Below are positions 27,541 through 42,156 of a stretch of DNA of 64,000 nucleotides, in pieces (position 1 is the stretch's first letter; each line of letters starts with the position of its first letter). This DNA comes from Eledone cirrhosa (taxonomy: Eukaryota): positions 170,190,001 through 170,254,000 of the forward strand of contig OZ024743.1 of NCBI GenBank assembly GCA_964016885.1, given 5' to 3'. A model generated the notes under the pieces. It saw only the letters and a program-made list of their open reading frames with translations, was not told the DNA's origin and ran no database searches. The translations under genes and the position numbers were made by a program.

Positions 27541-27638
27541 GATGTGTATATATATATATAGATATAGATGTGTATATATATATATATAGATGTGTATATA
27601 TATATATATAGATGTGTATATATATATATAGATGTGTA

Positions 27639-27692
<54 letters not shown>

Positions 27693-27720
27693 GATATGTA
27701 TATATATATATGTATATATA

Positions 27721-27789
<69 letters not shown>

Positions 27790-27904
27790 ATATATATATA
27801 TATATATATAGATATGTATATATATATATATATATATATAGATGTGTGTATATATATATATATATATATGTGTATATATATATATATGTGTATATATATA
27901 TATA

Positions 27905-27945
<41 letters not shown>

Positions 27946-27958
27946 ATATATATATATA

Positions 27959-28017
<59 letters not shown>

Positions 28018-28020
28018 GTG

Positions 28021-28060
<40 letters not shown>

Positions 28061-28080
28061 TGTGTGTATATATATATATA
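27172..28080. repeat. (TA)n/(TATG) microsatellite
   Basis: Direct reading. Confidence 0.98.
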
Positions 28081-28141
28081 CTCTTTTACTCTTTTACCTG
28101 TTTCAGCCATCCGGCTGAGGCCATGCTGGGGCACCGCCCTT
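28081..28141 (-). mobile_element. SINE 3' fragment
   Basis: ctcttttactcttttacctgtttcagccat..gccatgctggggcaccgcc; similar gtcatgctcgggcaccgcc at ~11632. Confidence 0.55.
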
Positions 28142-28154
28142 GTTGCTACACATT

Positions 28155-30122
28155 TTATCTCCAGCCTGTATAGGTTGGCCACTGGTGTAGGAGGGAGTTT
28201 GTTGCTGCTGCCCTTAGGTTTCCCTCGTGTCTTGCTGTGGGCTCATCCGGGATCCTGGATAACAAGGTGTCGAGATGTTTCTTAAAGACATCCACCTCCA
28301 CGTTATGCAAGTCTCTCAGATGCCTCGGCAGCCTGTTGAAGAGTTGAGGGCCCTTGAATCCCAGGCTATTGCAATACCTGCTCCTTATTCTAGATGTGGA
28401 AGACGGGACCTTTGGCACCACACAGTGTCGTCCTGTTCGACGGTTGGTCCAGCTCCCAATGCCAAAGTTTGGTGCTAGTCCCTCCAGGATTTTCCACATG
28501 TAGATCACTGCGTATCTCTCCCGTCTTCGCTCCAAGGAGTAGAGGTTCAGTTCCTTTAGCCTCTCCCAGTAGCTTGTCTCCCTCATCTTGGCAATCTTCT
28601 TGGTGTAGCTTCGCTGGATTGCCTCAAGCTCTGTGGTTAGTTTGACACTATGGGGTGACCACAGCTGGGAGCAGTAGTCCAGGTGGCTTAGGACAAAAGT
28701 CCTCCACAGTGTCAACATGGTGTCTCGATCTCTTGTAAGGAAAGTCCTCAAGATCCAGCCAGCGAATCGTCGACATGTCGCCACCTTCATGATGTGTGAA
28801 GAAAAAGATGCATCATCGCTCATGTCTATGCCCAGGTCTCGTATCGATTTTGACACGGGGATATCGGTCCCTCCTGGTCCTGTGTAGCTGTGTTCCGCTA
28901 TATTTGTGTTTGTGTTTGCAGGTTTGTATTGTAGGGCTTGGAATTTGCAGCCAGCATTAAACTGCCATGTTGTTTTCTTCCGCCCATCTGTATATGGCAT
29001 CCAGATCCTGCTGTAAGAGGGCAGCGTCAGCCCGGGTTTTTGATTGCCTGTGCTACCTTAGTGTCATCAGCATAGCTAGTGAGGGATGTTGTTGCATGCA
29101 CCACAGAGGGCATGTCCGAGAGAGCCACCAAAAACAGTAGTGGTCCCAGGACTGTCCCCTGGGGAACCCCACTTGTTATCAGGTGTTTCCCTCGAGAGGG
29201 CCCCATTTGCTGCCGACTGCCTGGCTTCTGTCCTCTTAGGAAGCCATGCAGCCACTCACCTACTTTTCCAGTTATGCCGAGTCCATGTAGTTTGTGACAT
29301 ATCATTCCGTGGTCGACCTTGTCAAAGGCCTTCGCAAAGTCAAGATATATCACGTCTACATGTGAGCTGTCTAGTAGTTGTCTCAGTACCCCAGTCGTAG
29401 TGATGTAGCAGCTGTGTAAGGCAGCTTCTTCCTGGGCGGAAGCCATGTTGCGTGCTAGTCAGGCGGTCATTTTCTTCGAGGAAAGTGATTAGTTTCTTTC
29501 TGACGACTCGCTCCATGACCTTACTGATATGCGACGTCAGGGAGACTGGCCTATAGTTCTTGGCCTCCGCCTCTACTACCTCCTTTATGGATAGGGCATA
29601 TTGTGCCTTCTTGCAGCTTCCTGGGTAGTACACCGCTAGCCAAGGAGCTTCTGAAGAGCATTTTCAGTGGAGTTGCTAAGGCCCGCTTACATATTTTTAG
29701 GAGAACTGCTGGGAATCCATCAGGTCCAGCAGCCGAGTCTGTTCTAATTTCATCAATGGCGTACACCACATCCTCCTCCGTTATGTCTATGTGGTTGATG
29801 GTTGCCATTTCTTGATGTAGTGTTGTGGCATCAAAGAACTTCTCTGGCTTCGTTATTTGCATGTGCCTCAGTGGACATGTGAAGACACTTTTGTACTGTT
29901 TCGTTCAGTATTTCACATATCTCTTGGGGATTTTCGGTTAATGAACCGTCCGTGTGGAAGAGTGGTCCAATCTTGCAGTGTACTGAGGCAGTTTCTTTTG
30001 CAAATTTAAAGAAGGCCTTAGGGTTTGTTTTAATGTTTTCTATGGCCCTGTTCTCTTTCTTTGCCCTCTCATTCTCATGTGAAAGTTTGAGTGCAATCTC
30101 GGTGTCAAGTAGTGCACGTTTC
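28155..30122 (-). mobile_element. CR1/L2-group LINE, 5'-truncated, frameshifted RT
   Basis: AAGPDG, KNYRPVSLTS, QHGFRPGRSC, YLDFAKAFDKVDH, SGVPQGTVLGPLLF, YADDTK, LDYCSQLWSP, YSLERRRERY. Confidence 0.93.
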
Positions 30123-30125
30123 CAA

Positions 30126-31306
<1,181 letters not shown>

Positions 31307-31431
31307 TAGGAGGTTAGTTTTATTGTAGTACAATAAAGCAATGCAAATATCGGATAAGAAGCACTCTACAGTTTGTAGGACTGGAGTATGCATAATATAA
31401 GATCAAAAGATGGTTAAAGGAGTTCCATATA

Positions 31432-31498
31432 TTTTATTATGCGCATTTCAAAAACAAACATCATCATGCAATAATATTTGTGTTTTCATCAGATAAAA
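31432..31498 (-). ncRNA. Type I hammerhead ribozyme in the PLE 3' pseudo-LTR
   Basis: Minus strand: TTTTAT-CTGATGA-(stem II)-GAAA-TGCGCA-TA-ATAAAA. 6-bp stem I and palindromic ATGCGCAT stem III. Confidence 0.8.
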
Positions 31499-32473
31499 CA
31501 GGAGAACATGATATGAAGGCTAAAAAACACTTGTGGATAGTGCAGTTTTAAATCAACATATGAAAAGTGGTTTTAGATTGATGTGTGATATTGGGAAAAA
31601 TATTTTATTTAGAGAGGGGGGGGGGATGAAAAGGGAAGGAGATGAGAGGGAGAGATGGGTGATAGAGAGAAAGAGATAGTTTTTATAACTGAGAGGAGAT
31701 ATATTTTTTACATAGAGGTTGAAAACCGTTGGAAGATACTGTATAAATTAAACATTTTGAAAATTAACGAAGGGAGGATATGTGCGAGGAAAAAATATTT
31801 TATTTAGGGAGGGGGGGTGGAAAGGATGAAAAAAAGGGGGAGGAGATGAGAGTGAAGGTGGAGAGGGAGAGATGGGTGATAGAGAGAAAGAGATAGTTTT
31901 TATAACTGAGAAAAAGATATATTGTTTTAATATAGAGAGGTTGGGAACCGTTGGAAGATAATGTATAAATTAAAGGAATTTGAAAATTAACGAAGGGAAA
32001 TTATGTATGAAGATAGAGAGAAAAAAATAATAGTTGTGGGTGAATATTCTAACGTCAAAAAAAGAAATGTATGTATTGTGGCAATTTCAAAATTAACGAA
32101 GAGAAAAATTATTAAGGTTTGTGTGTAGAAGGATTTGAGAAAAATAATGTGGAGTTAAAGTTTGTATATTGAATTGATATGTATTAATAATGAGTTCGTT
32201 GATGGGGAGAAAAAAATAATAATAAATTAAGGATGAAATTGAGATTAAAAAGATTTATGATAGAGAGAAAAAATAATAATGATTGCGGATGAATATTCTA
32301 ATGTCAAAACAAATGTTATGATTTTACAAGGAGAAGATAGAATGAGGATAATGAGTAAACAAGTATTATAGAGTGTATAATGCCCTTTAAAGTAATGTAG
32401 ATGGGTATATTTTAAAGAGGTGTATGTATATGTGCCTTTGAGAAAAGATTCTAAATTGATAAAGAATTGAATA

Positions 32474-34378
32474 TTAACTGTATACTTTGTGAAAAGTTCT
32501 ATGGAATTTATGCAGGCAGATAGAAAACAAACCTGTGCGTCTATTTATTATAGAATCTAGGTTAGAGATAATGGTAAATTTTTCATTTAGGCAGAGATTA
32601 CAGATTTTAGATAGAGAGCTGTTCAAGTATGAGGATGCAGAAGAAATCTTCTTCCAAAAGATGGTATATTTAATGTTTTTGTCTTTTAAGGACCATATGA
32701 GTTCTGAGAGAGCAGTGTTAGTTCTTTTAAGTTTGTATTTGAAAGATGAATGATGATTATAGAGACGAGCTTTAAAAGAGGTGGAAGTGGAGCCAAAATA
32801 GGTGAAGGAATTGGTGCTAGTTATAATTTTACATTTATGAATTAAGTTTTTATCGAGACAATGGTTGTTGAGAGGACATTTATTTTTAATGCGGCAGTTG
32901 CAATTAGAGAGATTATTAATGAGTGATCTAGTGTTATCTATAGAAGGAATTGGATTGGAGAAGTTGTTTGCGATAGGAATAATAGGAATAATAGTTTCTT
33001 GATTTAGAGTTGGATTATGAACATTTAGCGAAGTTGTGTTTGACGTTGTATTTGGGTTTACAGAAGTTAGCCTAGGGTTTACAATGACGTCGGGAGTACT
33101 ATTACTGTTATTATGAAATTCAATATTGGAAGGAAGAGATTTAGTATTTAGTATTTTATTGTTGTGTTTAGAGATGATGTTGGAAATATTGGAGGATGTA
33201 GAATACGAAAATTTGATGGTGTGTTTGTTAAATATTTTACTATAGATATGTGAGGGAGGGAAGCATTTATTTAAGGCACTAAAAAATAATTTAGGAATAT
33301 TGTTATTAATAGAGATGGAGAAAGGAGCATTATACCAGATTATGTTTTTGTATCTAGGTCTTTTATTAAAATTATTGGAATGGTCATGGTTAATTATTCT
33401 ACTGTAAGTTTTTCTAGAATTTGTTTCTTTATTATATTTGATTTTATCTGGATAGCCGGCTTTAGAAAGTGCGTTATTATAGTAATTGGCGTTAGCATCA
33501 AAGATGTTTTTATTAGAAGATAGGTTAGATATTCTTTGTCCAATATTATTAACTATAGCATTCTTGATATTGGTAGGATGGTTAGATTTAAAGTTAACAT
33601 AATTAAGGTTCTCATTGTTTTTATGGTAAGGGTAATATAGGCCAGTGTCAAGATTAAGAGATACATCCAAGAAATTAGCTAGTTTGATACTATTATCAAA
33701 TTCAATTTTTAGGTTATGTTGGTTAAAGAGATTACGTATATTGTTCTTAATAATATTAAGTTTAACTATATTGTAATTTAGGATAGTAAAGAGTCCATCG
33801 TCACGATAAATTCCACCGCGAAGTTGAGGAATTTTCCGACTCAAAGAGTTCAAAATGAAGATACCAATTAAATCAGTCAATTGGGATGAATCGGATGCTC
33901 CCATTGTGATGTCGAAGTTGTTAGAGGTATCGGCTCTGGTCCAATATTCGTTGTTGAACTCTAGGATGGTTTTACGTGCGGTGAGGATGATGTGAAGTTC
34001 ATCTGTGGTGATGTCAGAATATTTAAGTGCGAAAGATAGAGCATTATTGAGAAGTGAAGGCGAAATGGAGGAATAGTAGCTGGCAATATCAAATTGAATA
34101 AATTTTAGTTTGTTTTTATTATCCAATTTGTTGAACCAGCCAATCACTTCAGAAGTACCAAACCATAAATTTAGGTTCAAAGAAGAGCAATTAGAACTAA
34201 CCTGTGGGATAATTCTATCCAAGATGGCTTTACTAACAACCCCCAGATCAGATTTAGAGGGGGCGATTAATCTAACAGGTAGTTCAGTGCGAAAATTGTT
34301 TTTGTGATCCTTGAGATTTATCCTCGGAGTTCTTGGGAGGAATGGTTGGGTCTTTTTTTCAATGCCAAGTTTTGACAA
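32474..34378 (-). CDS. PLE reverse transcriptase plus C-terminal GIY-YIG endonuclease (634 aa, N-terminally truncated)
   Basis: PVRLI, QFDIASYYSSI, FDITMGA, GIYRDDGL, NFLDVSL, SNHP, CNCRIKNKCPLNNHCL, TYFGSTSTSFKARLYNH, CNLCLNEK. Uninterrupted frame; the start is an artefact of truncation. Confidence 0.9.
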   Translation of the reverse strand: MSKLGIEKKTQPFLPRTPRINLKDHKNNFRTELPVRLIAPSKSDLGVVSKAILDRIIPQVSSNCSSLNLNLWFGTSEVIGWFNKLDNKNKLKFIQFDIASYYSSISPSLLNNALSFALKYSDITTDELHIILTARKTILEFNNEYWTRADTSNNFDITMGASDSSQLTDLIGIFILNSLSRKIPQLRGGIYRDDGLFTILNYNIVKLNIIKNNIRNLFNQHNLKIEFDNSIKLANFLDVSLNLDTGLYYPYHKNNENLNYVNFKSNHPTNIKNAIVNNIGQRISNLSSNKNIFDANANYYNNALSKAGYPDKIKYNKETNSRKTYSRIINHDHSNNFNKRPRYKNIIWYNAPFSISINNNIPKLFFSALNKCFPPSHIYSKIFNKHTIKFSYSTSSNISNIISKHNNKILNTKSLPSNIEFHNNSNSTPDVIVNPRLTSVNPNTTSNTTSLNVHNPTLNQETIIPIIPIANNFSNPIPSIDNTRSLINNLSNCNCRIKNKCPLNNHCLDKNLIHKCKIITSTNSFTYFGSTSTSFKARLYNHHSSFKYKLKRTNTALSELIWSLKDKNIKYTIFWKKISSASSYLNSSLSKICNLCLNEKFTIISNLDSIINRRTGLFSICLHKFHRTFHKVYS

Positions 34379-34663
34379 ATTTTTAAATTATTAATTTATA
34401 CAGTATTTTTAATTTATACAGTATGTTCCAACGGTTTTCAACCTCTCCATGTAAAAAATATATCTCCTCTCAGTTATAAAAACTATCTCTTTCTCTCTAT
34501 CACCCATCTCTCCCTCTCATCTCCTTCCCTTTTCATCCTCCCCCCCTCTCTAAATAAAATATTTTCCCCAATATCACACATCAATCTAAAACCACTTTTC
34601 ATATGTTGATTTAAAACTGCACTATCCACAAGTGTTTTTTAGCCTTCATATCATGTTCTCCTG

Positions 34664-34730
34664 TTTTATCTGATGAAAACACAAATATTATTGCATGATG
34701 ATGTTTGTTTTTGAAATGCGCATAATAAAA
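34664..34730 (+). ncRNA. Type I hammerhead ribozyme in the inverted pseudo-LTR
   Basis: ttttat CTGATGA aaacacaaatattattgcatgatgatgtttgttttt GAAA tgcgca TA ataaaa; predicted cleavage after 34724. Confidence 0.8.
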
Positions 34731-34811
34731 TATATGGAACTCCTTTAACCATCTTTTGATCTTATATTATATATATATATATATCTATATATATATATGT
34801 ATATATATATG

Positions 34812-34882
<71 letters not shown>

Positions 34883-34883
34883 G

Positions 34884-34964
<81 letters not shown>

Positions 34965-35076
34965 GTATATATATATGTATATATATATGTATATATATAT
35001 GTATATATATATGTATATATATATGTATATATATATGTATATATATATGTATATATATATATATATATACACATAT

Positions 35077-38000
35077 ATTTAATCCAATTTCTAATTTCTG
35101 CCGGACCGGCAACCGCTCTTTCAAACCAGTTCCTGTACACAGCTAAGTATTCGATAAGTCTCTAGCTGTGTCATTCTCGATAAAAGCACTGGATATGTAA
35201 TCCTGAAGATTTCTAATAAGAATGAAACGCGTAGGTTACTTCCCTTGCTTTTATCGAGAATCTAATTGTAATACGTGACGTATTCTATTCTATAGCGATT
35301 AGGTCTTCAAAATGTTTATTATAAACATACAGAATATTTTCGAATATTCTATGTCTATCTTCACATATATATCGCTATTTCAGAGCATTTAATCCAATTT
35401 CTAATTTCTGCCGGACCGGCAACCGCTCTTTCAAACCAGTTCCTCTACACAGCTAAGTATTCTATAAGTCTCTAGCTGTGTCATTCTCGATAAAAGCACT
35501 GGATATGTAATCCTGAAGATTTCTAATAAGAATGAAACGCGTAGGTTACTTCCCTTGCTTTTATCGAGAATCTAATTGTAATACGTGACGTATTCTATTC
35601 TATAGCGATTAGGTCTTCAAAATGTTTATTAGAAACATACAGAATATTTTCGAATATTCTATGTCTATCTTCATATATATATCGCTATTTCAGAGCATTT
35701 AATCCAATTTCTAGTTTCTGCCGGACCGGCAACCGCTCTTTCAAACCAGTTCCTGTACACAGCTAAGTATTCTATAAGTCTCTAGCTGTGTCATTCTCGA
35801 TAAAAGCACTGGATATGTAATCCTGAAGATTTCTAATAAGAATGAAACGCGTAGGTTACTTCCCTTGCTTTTATCGAGAATCTAATTGTAATACGTGACG
35901 TATTCTATTCTATAGCGATTAGGTCTTCAAAATGTTTATTATAAACATACAGAATATTTTCGAATATTCTATGTCTATCTTCACATATATATCGCTATTT
36001 CAGAGCATTTAATCCAATTTCTAATTTCTGCCGGACCGGCAACCGCTCTTTCAAACCAGTTCCTCTACACAGCTAAGTATTCTATAAGTCTCTAGCTGTG
36101 TCATTCTCGATAAAAGCACTGGATATGTAATCCTGAAGATTTCTAATAAGAATGAAACGCGTAGGTTACTTCCCTTGCTTTTATCGAGAATCTAATTGTA
36201 ATACGTGACGTATTCTATTCTATAGCGATTAGGTCTTCAAAATGTTTATTAGAAACATACAGAATATTTTCGAATATTCTATGTCTATCTTCACATATAT
36301 ATCGCTATTTCAGAGCATTTAATCCAATTTCTAGTTTCTGCCGGACCGGCAACCGCTCTTTCAAACCAGTTCCTGTACACAGCTAAGTATTCTATAAGTC
36401 TCTAGCTGTGTCATTCTCGATAAAAGCACTGGATATGTAATCCTGAAGATTTCTAATAAGAATGAAACGCGTAGGTTACTTCCCTTGCTTTTATCGAGAA
36501 TCTAATTGTAATACGTGACGTATTCTATTCTATAGCGATTAGGTCTTCAAAATGTTTATTATAAACATACAGAATATTTTCGAATATTCTATGTCTATCT
36601 TCACATATATATCGCTATTTCAGAGCATTTAATCCAATTTCTAATTTCTGCCGGACCGGCAACCGCTCTTTCAAACCAGTTCCTCTACACAGCTAAGTAT
36701 TCTATAAGTCTCTAGCTGTGTCATTCTCGATAAAAGCACTGGATATGTAATCCTGAAGATTTCTAATAAGAATGAAACGCGTAGGTTACTTCCCTTGCTT
36801 TTATCGAGAATCTAATTGTAATACGTGACGTATTCTATTCTATAGCGATTAGGTCTTCAAAATGTTTATTAGAAACATACAGAATATTTTCGAATATTCT
36901 ATGTCTATCTTCACATATATATCGCTATTTCAGAGCATTTAATCCAATTTCTAGTTTCTGCCGGACCGGCAACCGCTCTTTCAAACCAGTTCCTGTACAC
37001 AGCTAAGTATTCTATAAGTCTCTAGCTGTGTCATTCTCGATAAAAGCACTGGATATGTAATCCTGAAGATTTCTAATAAGAATGAAACGCGTAGGTTACT
37101 TCCCTTGCTTTTATCGAGAATCTAATTGTAATACGTGACGTATTCTATTCTATAGCGATTAGGTCTTCAAAATGTTTATTATAAACATACAGAATATTTT
37201 CGAATATTCTATGTCTATCTTCACATATATATCGCTATTTCAGAGCATTTAATCCAATTTCTAATTTCTGCCGGACCGGCAACCGCTCTTTCAAACCAGT
37301 TCCTCTACACAGCTAAGTATTCTATAAGTCTCTAGCTGTGTCATTCTCGATAAAAGCACTGGATATGTAATCCTGAAGATTTCTAATAAGAATGAAACGC
37401 GTAGGTTACTTCCCTTGCTTTTATCGAGAATCTAATTGTAATACGTGACGTATTCTATTCTATAGCGATTAGGTCTTCAAAATGTTTATTATAAACATAC
37501 AGAATATTTTCGAATATTCTATGTCTATCTTCACATATATATCGCTATTTCAGAGCATTTAATCCAATTTCTAGTTTCTGCCGGACCGGCAACCGCTCTT
37601 TCAAACCAGTTCCTGTACACAGCTAAGTATTCTATAAGTCTCTAGCTGTGTCATTCTCGATAAAAGCACTGGATATGTAATCCTGAAGATTTCTAATAAG
37701 AATGAAACGCGTAGGTTACTTCCCTTGCTTTTATCGAGAATCTAATTGTAATACGTGACGTATTCTATTCTATAGCGATTAGGTCTTCAAAATGTTTATT
37801 ATAAACATACAGAATATTTTCGAATATTCTATGTCTATCTTCACATATATATCGCTATTTCAGAGCATTTAATCCAATTTCTAATTTCTGCCGGACCGGC
37901 AACCGCTCTTTCAAACCAGTTCCTGTACACAGCCAAGTATTCTATAAGTCTCTAGCTGTGTCATTCTCGATAAAAGCACTGGATATGTAATCCTGAAGAT

Positions 38001-38153
38001 TTCTAATAAGAATGAAACGCGTAGGTTACTTCCCTTGCTTTTATCGAGAATCTAATTGTAATACGTGACGTATTCTATTCTATAGCGATTAGGTCTTCAA
38101 AATGTTTATTATAAACATACAGAATATTTTCGAATATTCTGTCTATCTTCACA

Positions 38154-38158
<5 letters not shown>
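35077..38158 (+). repeat. 310-bp tandem array of 10 units, one hammerhead ribozyme per unit (retrozyme-like)
   Basis: aatccaattt recurs at 35081, 35391, 35701, 36011, 36321, 36631, 36941, 37251, 37561 and 37871. Units differ at only a few positions; the last is truncated. Flanked by (TA)n. Confidence 0.97.
35173..35261 (+). ncRNA. Type I hammerhead ribozyme, unit 1 (repeats every 310 bp)
   Basis: gtaatc CTGAAGA tttctaataagaat GAAA cgcg TA ggttac (35197-35239), with stem I extended by the perfect 16-bp helix attctcgataaaagca/tgcttttatcgagaat. Predicted cleavage after GUA at 35233. Confidence 0.85.
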
Positions 38159-41652
<3,494 letters not shown>

Positions 41653-41654
41653 TG

Positions 41655-41966
41655 AGGTTTTTACCGTGTTGCCTACACGGCCACATTACAGCGTGGACTG
41701 TGTGTTTTTTTGTCGTGACACCTACACGATCTCATTTGTTTCGGCCTCGATGGCGCGGCACCAACATAACTTTACATAGAACGGGGTGGTGTGGATCGGG
41801 TGGGGGTGGGGGTGGTGGGACGGGGTGTATTTTGTTAGAGATGCCTACTGGCTGGAGTAGGTTTTACTATATATTTAGGTAAGGCGGGTCTTCTCTGTTA
41901 CTGAGTACCGCCAAAGGTCTCGGTCCAGTGACATTGTCTTGGAGAGGTGTAAGTGTGTGATGTCGG
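41655..41966 (-). mobile_element. RTE LINE 3' fragment
   Basis: Matches ~55245-55553 (gaggtttttaccgtgttgcctacacgg..ctgagtaccgccaaaggtctcgg). Confidence 0.8.
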
Positions 41967-42156
41967 AGATATATATATATGAATATATATGTATTTATAT
42001 ATATGTATATATATGTATATATATATATATGAATATATATGTATATATATATATATGTATATATATATATGTATATATATGTATATATATATATGTATAT
42101 ACATATATATATATATATATGTATATATATGTATATATGTATATATATGTATGTAT

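Larger units (their letters stand above)
31393..34770 (-). mobile_element. Penelope-like element, 5'-truncated, with inverted pseudo-LTRs
   Basis: An RT plus GIY-YIG ORF bounded by ~360-bp inverted repeats (31393-31752 and 34409-34770), embedded in (TA)n. Confidence 0.92.

Noticed and set aside
35077-38158. CRISPR array or 5S/snRNA gene cluster
   Set aside because: There are no unique spacers and no cas genes, the context is eukaryotic, and I see no 5S, tRNA or snRNA similarity.
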